This document shows, in pieces, positions 56,486 through 64,000 of a stretch of 64,000 bases of DNA. Both the position numbers and the translations under genes were made by a program. The notes beneath the pieces were generated by a model. It was not told the DNA's origin. It worked only from the letters and a program-made list of their open reading frames with translations, and did not search any database. The DNA comes from Spirochaetia bacterium. GTDB taxonomy: Bacteria; Spirochaetota; Spirochaetia; UBA9216. The stretch is from contig OY776510.1 of the NCBI GenBank assembly GCA_963675665.1, positions 5,056,001-5,120,000 of the forward strand. The letters are read 5' to 3'. Position 1 is the stretch's first letter. Every line of letters begins with the position of its first letter.

Positions 56486-57537
56486 TTCCTTTTTCCGTAG
56501 CCACCAGGCGGGTAGCGTCCGTATTCCTCTGCAGCCATGGATACAGCAAGAAGAGTTTTTTCCGGTACCTGCAAAGGTATTTCTCCATGAGAGTCCGACA
56601 GGATGAAACCGCCTCCCGGAGCTGCAGTTTTAACCAAAGCCCTGACTTTTTCAACGGCTGTTTCTTTATCCCATTCAGCCATTTCTATTCCGTTTAGGTT
56701 TCCCAATAACGTTATTCTTCCGGTCGAGACGTCTTTTATATGCTTCAACTCTTCGCCTGTCCCTATCCCGACAATCGGGCTGCCGAGGTTAATTATATCT
56801 TCCATTACCTGCAAAACCCTTCCGGAAGCAAGATGCACAGCAACCGGACCTTCTATTCCGGTAATTGTCCGACTGTCTACAGGGTAACCTGCAGACAGAT
56901 ACAATGACCTGTCGATCATATCCGGAGACATCAGCGGATTAAAATAGCCGATGGCTGTTGCACCTGCCTTGAATTGTGCATTTGCGTAATTTATACAAAA
57001 CTGTCGGTTAACCTGCATCAAACGGTCAAACCTCGGCCTGTCAAAATATAATAGTTTCAGATATTTCTCAAATCCCATCTGCATTACGGGCAAAGAAAAA
57101 GGAGACATTACAATTCCGATAACAGGCACTTTTCCGTTTGAATGAATCGCAAGTTCTCTGGTTACCTCAAGCACCTGTCTGAGGACAGGTACATCATCGA
57201 TATCAGGTACTTCCATTGAATCAATATCGCTGCTTTTCCCGATGATACCTTCTCCGGCATTCGGAGGGGTTTCCGGTTGAAAGAGTACTTCTCCGCCCCA
57301 CGCCTGTACTTCAACAGCAGCATAATGAAATGTATAATAACAGTCGGTCTGATACTTTTTCTGCATATGAATCTGTGTTTTAATAACATTTTCAGCCACT
57401 GAAAAGTAATTTTTAACCGAACAGCCCATTTCCTTGGCACCGTAGTGTGAAAACAGGAAGAAGACTGGTACTCTGTCGGGCTCCTTGTGGCCAAGCGTTT
57501 TCAGAACCCTTTCCATCGACGTCATATCACTATTCAC
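56482..57537 (-). CDS. Uroporphyrinogen-decarboxylase-fold protein (MtaA/CmuA methyltransferase-like)
   Basis: MTSMERV..EPDRVPV, SPFSL, LLGNL, GGGFILS; GTG 57537 after GGAGGGG. Confidence 0.82.
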   Translation of the reverse strand: MNSDMTSMERVLKTLGHKEPDRVPVFFLFSHYGAKEMGCSVKNYFSVAENVIKTQIHMQKKYQTDCYYTFHYAAVEVQAWGGEVLFQPETPPNAGEGIIGKSSDIDSMEVPDIDDVPVLRQVLEVTRELAIHSNGKVPVIGIVMSPFSLPVMQMGFEKYLKLLYFDRPRFDRLMQVNRQFCINYANAQFKAGATAIGYFNPLMSPDMIDRSLYLSAGYPVDSRTITGIEGPVAVHLASGRVLQVMEDIINLGSPIVGIGTGEELKHIKDVSTGRITLLGNLNGIEMAEWDKETAVEKVRALVKTAAPGGGFILSDSHGEIPLQVPEKTLLAVSMAAEEYGRYPPGGYGKRK

Positions 57538-58183
57538 AGCCGCCCCTCCATGAATCCAGGTTTCCTGATAAATTCTCCAGAATCCCGAATATTTCTCCGG
57601 CATTCCCGGCACCCCGGCAGGCGCCTACTTTCTTATACAGATTCCGATCAAGCCGGAACGGCGCTCCGCCGACGACAATCGGTACTTCAGGACATTCCCG
57701 GGACATCCGGGAGGACAACTCCTGTACAGCCAGGGCAGAAGGAAACATAAGCACTGATACAAGAAGAATCTGTATCTTGTACTCACGGATTTTAGAAATG
57801 ATCTTTTCCGCATCAACTCCTGTACCAAGATCAAAAACAGGATACCTGTAATTTCTTACCAGGCTGGAGACAATCTTCATTCCAAGGCTGTGATGATCAA
57901 GATAGACTGCAGCCCCGATAACGGGAAGAGACTCATCAGTCCTGTCTGATTCAGATAAAAGCGTCTTCAAAATCTCCTCACATATAACACCGCTCATATA
58001 CACCTGAGCAAGAGATACTTCACCGGATTCCCAGTTTGCCCCGACCTTTTCAAGCGCATACATCAGAGTCTCTCCCATACCGGTAATACCCTTCTCTTCT
58101 ACCGCCTCTCTTAAAATTTTATCTACGCCGGTTCGGTCAACCGAAACAAGCCCTTCATATAAAGCCTGAACTGAATTATCCAA
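57530..58183 (-). CDS. Corrinoid (B12-binding) protein with cap domain
   Basis: VG.NWE.GE.SLAQV cap; DHHSLG (DxHxxG), DLG.GV, SVLM, VGGAP. Confidence 0.88.
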   Translation of the reverse strand: MDNSVQALYEGLVSVDRTGVDKILREAVEEKGITGMGETLMYALEKVGANWESGEVSLAQVYMSGVICEEILKTLLSESDRTDESLPVIGAAVYLDHHSLGMKIVSSLVRNYRYPVFDLGTGVDAEKIISKIREYKIQILLVSVLMFPSALAVQELSSRMSRECPEVPIVVGGAPFRLDRNLYKKVGACRGAGNAGEIFGILENLSGNLDSWRGGCE

Positions 58184-58321
58184 ATCCGATACTCCTTTGC
58201 CAGTTATTTAAAGAAAAGATCATCAGAGATCATTTAATGATAATTCATTCAGAATTGTAATGCAAGAAAGATCATAAACCGTTATGAACAGAGAAAAATC
58301 ATCCGTAAGAATGCAGAGTAC

Positions 58322-58339
58322 GGGCACCTCTGATAACCC
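58322..58339. repeat. Solo copy of the repeat arm found at 20695
   Basis: gggcacctctgataaccc versus gggcacctctgataatccc (first 15 nt identical). Confidence 0.55.
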
Positions 58340-58396
58340 TCGGAATAACGGCCGTCGGCCCTTCACAGAATCTTCATGCTCGGATAAAATACTGCG

Positions 58397-59440
58397 ATGA
58401 AACATAGACTTACAGCACTGATGCTTTTATCAGTAATAACTATAACCGGCCTTTCTGCACTGGGAACAAAAGAACAAAAGCTTGAATCGCATACGTTTTT
58501 CGCGCTTGGAACAACCTGTACCGTCAGCATTTACGGCGGAACAGAGCAGAACTTTTCCGAAATTGAAACGATTATAACAGGCATCGAGAACCGCATGAGC
58601 GTCAACATTGACGACAGCGAGATCAGCATGATCAATAAAGCCTCGGGCAGCAATGCCGTTACTGTATCTTCCGACGTTTACAGCGTTATAGCAGCCGGTC
58701 AGCACTTTTCCGAACTCAGTAAAGGCAGATTCGATATCAGCATCGGGCCGCTTGTTCAGCTCTGGGATATCGGAGGCGGCGGGAACACAGTTCCTTCCGA
58801 AGAAGCAATAAAAGAGGCTCTTGCGCTGGTTGATTATTCCGGGGTTGAAATTGTTCCGGCAGCCGATAACAACGAGGGCGGAAGCATTTACCTGCCGAGA
58901 GCGGGAATGGCTCTTGAACCCGGCGGCATAGCAAAAGGGTATGCCGCGGATGCGGCGGCGGCTTATCTTCGGGACAACGGAACAAGTTCAGCCTTAATAA
59001 ATTTCGGAGGGAATGTCCTTGCAGTCGGTTCCAAAAGTGACGGCTCAAAATGGCGTATCGGGATTCAAAATCCCGACTCCAGCCGCGGCGATTATATCGG
59101 TATTGTTCCGGTAGAAGAAAAAGCCGTTGTTACATCGGGCAAATATGAACGGTTCTTTATAGGAGCCGACGGGCTGCGTTATCACCATATTTTGAGCACT
59201 GAAACCGGCTATCCGGTAGAAAACGGAATTGCGCAGGTCAGTATTATAGCTACCGAATCAATGACGGCAGACGCCTTGTCGACAGCCGTATTCTCACTCG
59301 GCCTTGAAGACGGCATGGCTCTTGTTGACAGTATTTCCGGTGTTGAAACAGTTATAGTCATGGAAAACGGAAATATTTACATAACAGAAAATCTGAAAGC
59401 TGTTTTCCAGCTGACGGACAATAATTTTTCAGTACAATAA
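58397..59440 (+). CDS. apbE: FAD:protein FMN transferase
   Basis: ALGT, FDISIGPL..LW, GGIAKGY, NFGGN, VTSGKYER, HHIL, ADALSTA. Confidence 0.92.
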   Translation: MKHRLTALMLLSVITITGLSALGTKEQKLESHTFFALGTTCTVSIYGGTEQNFSEIETIITGIENRMSVNIDDSEISMINKASGSNAVTVSSDVYSVIAAGQHFSELSKGRFDISIGPLVQLWDIGGGGNTVPSEEAIKEALALVDYSGVEIVPAADNNEGGSIYLPRAGMALEPGGIAKGYAADAAAAYLRDNGTSSALINFGGNVLAVGSKSDGSKWRIGIQNPDSSRGDYIGIVPVEEKAVVTSGKYERFFIGADGLRYHHILSTETGYPVENGIAQVSIIATESMTADALSTAVFSLGLEDGMALVDSISGVETVIVMENGNIYITENLKAVFQLTDNNFSVQ

Positions 59441-59483
59441 CCGGAAACTTCAACAATACCGACTACGGTTTCAATTCAAAACC

Positions 59484-59690
59484 TTGATCTCATGGTATTT
59501 ATCGGGTATATTTGGAAGAAAGAACAGGAGTGTCCTTGTAAGATGAAGAGATAGAAATAGAGTTTACAGATTATTCGGGTTTACCGACTGTTTTACTCTT
59601 TTTCGATCACAGATTCATACAGAGGGCATTTTTTTGTTTGCATAATTTTCATGCTTATTATTCCGTATTAATTACAATTGATGCCCTGAC
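59484..59690 (+). promoter_or_regulatory. Promoter and structured leader (attenuator-like, with uORF MKR) upstream of ABC-F
   Basis: TTGATC-N17-TATATT (59484-59512); ATG AAG AGA TAG at 59543-59554; long stem ending agggca-TTTTTTT; alternative partner atgccct at about 59681. Confidence 0.55.
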
Positions 59691-59716
59691 ATATCCCAAA
59701 ATACCGGAGGCATCAA

Positions 59717-61192
59717 ATGAGTATACATTTTAACAATCTTACGTTCGGTTATTCCGAACTATTAATTAAAAACCTTTCCTGCTGTTTCGAACCGGGATGG
59801 ACGGCTGTTACCGGCACAAACGGAGCAGGTAAAACAACCCCGCTTGATATTATTTCAGGGGTTCTGTCTCCGGATTACGGGTCGGTTTCGATATCAGGCG
59901 GCCATATCTACTGCCGGCAGGTACCTCATCATATACCAGATGAGGCAGAACTGTTGTTCAGCGACGATTCGTCCGAGGCTTACCGGACAAGGCTGAGTTT
60001 CGGACTTCAGGACGACTGGCTGCCCAGATGGGATACCCTGAGTTTCGGAGAACAGAAACGGATTCAGATTGCTTCAGCATTTCACCTTCAGCCCGAAATA
60101 CTGCTCCTGGACGAACCTACAAATCATCTTGATTCGGAAAGCAGGGATATTCTGCTTAATGCGCTGCAGACTTTCCGCGGAACAGGCGTTATTGTAAGCC
60201 ATGATCGCAGCCTGCTTGATCAGCTGCCTTACCAGGTACTGTTTCTCGATCCCCCTGAACACGATCTTCGCTCCGGAACATATACACAAGCAAACCTGGA
60301 AAGACAGCAGGAAGCCTCTTTCCGAAAGGACCAGCGCGAAAAAATAACCAGAGATATCAGAAAACTTGAAAACAGGGCATCGGGATACAGGAACCTTGCA
60401 AAATCGGCAGACTCAAGACGCTCGAAAAAAAATATCGGAAGAAAAGATCATGATGCAAAATTCAAAATGGACACGGCACGCATACTCGGCAAGGATGCTA
60501 TTCACGGCAAGCTGATGAACCAGCTTCAGGGACGTATAAAACAGGATAGGGCGAAACTGGACTGTATTAAAACCGACAGGAAAAAAACATTTAATTTCGC
60601 CCTCAGCTTTGAACCGGGCCGAAGAAAGACCGTTTTTTCAATACCGGAAGACAGACTTTCGATGGGAGAAAAGGTATTAAGCTTTGATACTTTTGAGCTG
60701 CGAACCGAAGATAAAGCAGGGATTACAGGTGTAAACGGAAGCGGTAAATCCACACTTCTGAACCATATATATCAGTCCTGCAGGAAGGAGCGGACGCTTT
60801 ATATTCCGCAGGAACTGGAGAAACAGCAAATCCGCAGTTTTTTCAACATGATTAACGAGCTCAACTCATCAGAGAAAGGCGAAATTTATTCAATTATGGC
60901 AGCGTTAGGTTCGGAACCGGAAAGGGTTCTGCTGGGCGAAACCCCCAGTCCGGGAGAAATACGAAAACTTCTGATTGCCGACGCAATCAGAAAAAAGATT
61001 GAGCTATTAATTCTGGACGAGCCTACAAATCATCTGGATTTGTATTCTATTGAGGCGCTTGAGTCCGCGTTACATGATTACCGGGCCGCCATGGTTCTGG
61101 TCAGCCATGATCACTATTTTCTAAAAAACACGACAACAATACAATGGAGTATTACTGAAAATAAAAATAATAAATTTCATCTGAATAATTAG
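59717..61192 (+). CDS. ABC-F family ATPase (possible ribosome-protection type)
   Basis: Two ABC domains (GTNGAGKT, LSFGEQ, DEPTNHLD; GVNGSGKS, SPGE, DEPTNHLD); long charged linker; no TM. Confidence 0.88.
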   Translation: MSIHFNNLTFGYSELLIKNLSCCFEPGWTAVTGTNGAGKTTPLDIISGVLSPDYGSVSISGGHIYCRQVPHHIPDEAELLFSDDSSEAYRTRLSFGLQDDWLPRWDTLSFGEQKRIQIASAFHLQPEILLLDEPTNHLDSESRDILLNALQTFRGTGVIVSHDRSLLDQLPYQVLFLDPPEHDLRSGTYTQANLERQQEASFRKDQREKITRDIRKLENRASGYRNLAKSADSRRSKKNIGRKDHDAKFKMDTARILGKDAIHGKLMNQLQGRIKQDRAKLDCIKTDRKKTFNFALSFEPGRRKTVFSIPEDRLSMGEKVLSFDTFELRTEDKAGITGVNGSGKSTLLNHIYQSCRKERTLYIPQELEKQQIRSFFNMINELNSSEKGEIYSIMAALGSEPERVLLGETPSPGEIRKLLIADAIRKKIELLILDEPTNHLDLYSIEALESALHDYRAAMVLVSHDHYFLKNTTTIQWSITENKNNKFHLNN

Positions 61193-61204
61193 AATAACAA
61201 TCTG

Positions 61205-61957
61205 TTATACCGGAACAACAAAGGGAAAACCACCGGCGTCCAGAACCATGACATCCAGACCATAAACCTCTTTCATGTTTTCAGGTGTTATAATGCTTCT
61301 GTCTCCCGCGGCATATATCAGACCGTCTTTCAGAAGAACAAATTTGTCTGAATACCTTAAAGCCAGATTGATGTCGTGCATGGTCATTACCGCGGCCCTG
61401 AAGCCGGCATGAATAAGATCCCGGATCTTTACCATAAGGCGATGCTGGTTACTTATATCAAGGCTGCTGGTTGGTTCGTCAAAAAGGATTACACGGGGGT
61501 CCTGAGCCAAAGTGCGGACTATCTGTACCAGCTGAAACTCTCCGCCGCTTATTTCATCCGCATACCGAAGAGAGAGGTCTTCAATACCCAGAAGCTTTAT
61601 TGCTTCTTCTATCTTGTCATAGTCTTCCCTGGCCGGCTCCCACCTGAAATAGGGTTTCCGGCCAAGAAGGATAAGGTCGTATACTTTCATCCTGGAAATC
61701 TCACCCTGTTGAGGTACCCAGCCTATCTTTCGTGCAACTTCCAATGATCGCATATCCTCAACATCTGTACCGTCAATCCGTACAGAACCTCTCAGGGGAG
61801 AAAGGACCCGGTTCAGGCATTTAAGAAGGGTTGTTTTGCCGCTGCCGTTAGGCCCCAGAATGGACAGGATCTCTCCCGCCGCCACTCCGAAGGATACATC
61901 CCTGATTACGGGCACGCTGTTATACCGGAATTTAAGGCCGTGAACATTGAGGATCAT
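61205..61957 (-). CDS. Iron-chelate/cobalamin ABC ATP-binding protein
   Basis: GPNGSGKT, ISGGE, DEPTSSLD, HDINLA. Confidence 0.9.
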   Translation of the reverse strand: MILNVHGLKFRYNSVPVIRDVSFGVAAGEILSILGPNGSGKTTLLKCLNRVLSPLRGSVRIDGTDVEDMRSLEVARKIGWVPQQGEISRMKVYDLILLGRKPYFRWEPAREDYDKIEEAIKLLGIEDLSLRYADEISGGEFQLVQIVRTLAQDPRVILFDEPTSSLDISNQHRLMVKIRDLIHAGFRAAVMTMHDINLALRYSDKFVLLKDGLIYAAGDRSIITPENMKEVYGLDVMVLDAGGFPFVVPV

Positions 61958-63012
61958 CTTTTTCGTCCTGCTATAAGCAGATAAATAAACAGAGGCCCGC
62001 CCGACAGGGATGTCAAGATTCCTACAGGAAGAACCATAGGAGAAAGAACTGTTCTTGCCGCTGTATCCGCCGCTAAAAGGATTATTGCTCCGACCAGCGG
62101 AGAAGCAACCAGTAAAAAGCGGTGGTCTCCGCCAAGGATTTTCCTGGCGATATGCGGCCCCAGAAGGCCTACAAATGCTATTGTTCCAAAAAAGGACACT
62201 ATTATTGCCGAAAGAATGGAGGCTGACAACATCCCGATTATTCTGACGACCCCGGTTTTTACACCGAGTCCCCTGGCCGTATCTTCTCCCGTATCCAAGG
62301 CATTAAAATTCCATCGAAAGTAAAAGAACAAAATATATACGGGAACCAGCACCAGAGCAATAATCAACAGAAAGTGCCGGTTTGCCCGGCCGAGATCTCC
62401 AAAGGTCCAGGATATTATGCCGGCCAGCTGAATACTGTCGGCAAGATACTGCATGAGGGTAAGACCGGCCGAGAAAATTGAGCCGATCGCAATGCCCGCC
62501 AGCACCATACTTTCAGCCGAGATTTTGGTTAAAACGGTAAGCAGGAGAATCGCTGCTGTTGACAGGGAAGAGAAAACAAAAGCTGAAAAAGCGACTGTAA
62601 AGGAATCGCTTATAATAATAGTTGATGTAGTGCCGGTTCCTGCTCCAAAAAAAACGATGGCAAACGACGCTCCAAAAGCTGCAGCGCTGGAAAGGCCCAG
62701 CGTATATGGAGATGCCAGCGGATTTCGAAGCACCGACTGCATGACCGTCCCGGAAAGGGCCAACCCTGCCCCTACAAGAAGTGCGGCAATTATCCTGGGC
62801 ATCCGGACATCCCGGATAATCCTTCCGGCACCGGTCATATCGAACCCGAAGATACCTGAAACCACCTCTTTCAGAGGTATTCTGATAGTCCCCGTCGAGA
62901 CGGATATAATTACAAGCAAAGCAAGGAGCAGTCCTGTAACGATAAGAAAAACAATCTTTCTTCTTATATATCCCCTGTAATGGTAATATATCGAAGAGCC
63001 GTTATGAAGCAT
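61954..63012 (-). CDS. FecCD/BtuC-family permease
   Basis: RMPRI, RNPLASPYTLGLS, IAFVGLLGPH, LPVGILT. Confidence 0.92.
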   Translation of the reverse strand: MLHNGSSIYYHYRGYIRRKIVFLIVTGLLLALLVIISVSTGTIRIPLKEVVSGIFGFDMTGAGRIIRDVRMPRIIAALLVGAGLALSGTVMQSVLRNPLASPYTLGLSSAAAFGASFAIVFFGAGTGTTSTIIISDSFTVAFSAFVFSSLSTAAILLLTVLTKISAESMVLAGIAIGSIFSAGLTLMQYLADSIQLAGIISWTFGDLGRANRHFLLIIALVLVPVYILFFYFRWNFNALDTGEDTARGLGVKTGVVRIIGMLSASILSAIIVSFFGTIAFVGLLGPHIARKILGGDHRFLLVASPLVGAIILLAADTAARTVLSPMVLPVGILTSLSGGPLFIYLLIAGRKR

Positions 63013-63014
63013 AT

Positions 63015-64000
63015 TTAATTAAACCAGTCCACTCTTTCAGGGCCGGCTTTCTGCCGGGCAACAACAGTATCGTAATCCAGCGGCACTCCGAAGAAAAGGT
63101 TCCAAATCTCCTCAGCCTTATCTTTTATTGATACATCACCGTACAGCTCCGGATAACATACCTTACCGGTATAATAGACATTAATAAGCTGATTTTCCCA
63201 GTTGGTTCCGTAATATTTATATACAAAGGTTGTATGAACTTCACGGTTTATAAATGCCGGAACCTGCTCTTCAAGGACCGTCCGGTTTGTCATAAACCCG
63301 GCTTTTGAAAGATTTACATTTGCCGCGTCGATAAATATATAATCCGGGGAAGCCGCTATCAAATCTTCAAGCGACGTCATATATGGTTGAAGGTTTCCCG
63401 CGGGATTTGTGGGCATTACATTTTCCGTACCCGTCAGTTCAAACGGAAGGTAGTCTCCTGTTGTACGGAGCAGATCGGCAGGCCCGTAGTACATCATACC
63501 GCCGGCATAAGCCTTTTGGGGAGCCTGTGATTTCACAGCCCGGGCTTCAAGATCCTTTATAACAGCATCAATACCCGCTACCAGCTCTTCAGCTCTTTCT
63601 TCCCTGTCCAGCACCAGGCCCAATGTTTTAAGTTGATTATAAAACAGTTCCAGGTCAAAAAACTCCACATCAATATTGACGCCGAATACAGGTATTCCCA
63701 AAACCTCCTGAAGATGATCCAGCTGGCCGGTATCTACGGCAGAGGATATAATGACATCCGGAGCCGCCGCAATTATTCCTTCATGGTTTTCCCCGCTTCC
63801 TATGCCCGGCAACTGCCGAAGTTCCGGAAAAGCCAAACGGTAAGTTGCCAGATAAAAAAAGTCATGAACTGTTTTTTCCCTGCCGTGTCCCGAATCTTCA
63901 ACAGCAATCACCTTGTCCGCAGCATTCAGATAACTTACAAGTCTTAAAGAGCCGGCATCAAGAGCAATAATGCTGTTGACTTCTCCCGGTACCGGGACAT
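63015..64000 (-). CDS. Iron-chelate/cobalamin ABC substrate-binding protein, 5' end beyond the window
   Basis: Frame stays open upstream of the track start (VPVPGEVNSIIAL...); E.II..PDVII and E.L...PD.I motifs. Confidence 0.85.
   Translation of the reverse strand, partial: VPVPGEVNSIIALDAGSLRLVSYLNAADKVIAVEDSGHGREKTVHDFFYLATYRLAFPELRQLPGIGSGENHEGIIAAAPDVIISSAVDTGQLDHLQEVLGIPVFGVNIDVEFFDLELFYNQLKTLGLVLDREERAEELVAGIDAVIKDLEARAVKSQAPQKAYAGGMMYYGPADLLRTTGDYLPFELTGTENVMPTNPAGNLQPYMTSLEDLIAASPDYIFIDAANVNLSKAGFMTNRTVLEEQVPAFINREVHTTFVYKYYGTNWENQLINVYYTGKVCYPELYGDVSIKDKAEEIWNLFFGVPLDYDTVVARQKAGPERVDWFN

Noticed and set aside
58184-58396. Possible cobalamin riboswitch upstream of the corrinoid gene
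   Set aside because: No B12-box or GGGAA core consensus could be identified by eye

Overview
Gene-dense bacterial window, most likely from a free-living anaerobic spirochaete (inferred from the Cys-less 'AGGxxES' solute-binding signal peptides and the trpE-GD-CF-B-A layout). In order: (1) a truncated lipoprotein and an orphan LsrB-like sugar ABC operon (1-6.1 kb). (2) A ~35 kb, mostly minus-strand catabolic island (6.2-40.9 kb) with two paralogous CUT1 ABC systems, four GPH-family MFS transporters and a rare-ketose/hexitol route (Zn dehydrogenase, PfkB, GatZ-like epimerase, D-psicose/tagatose 3-epimerase, FGGY kinase). The island also holds an alkyl-DHAP-synthase-like flavoprotein paired with a Cys-depleted GlpC-like protein and two phytoene-desaturase-like enzymes. 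Four near-consensus sigma70 promoters in it each carry tandem copies of a 12-bp CTACACGTGTAG palindrome, which defines one probable LacI-type regulon. (3) A TetR-SCP2-M24 operon. (4) The trp operon, with a perfect 18-bp palindrome over its -10 box. (5) A large surface lipoprotein and a membrane regulator-like gene. (6) A translationally coupled corrinoid protein / URO-D-fold methyltransferase-like / DUF1638-GGDEF module, a candidate B12-dependent c-di-GMP sensor. (7) ApbE, an ABC-F with an attenuator-like leader, and a Fe/B12 ABC transporter cut by the window end. No rRNA, tRNA, CRISPR array or transposase was recognised. All calls come from reading motifs by eye, with no database searches.
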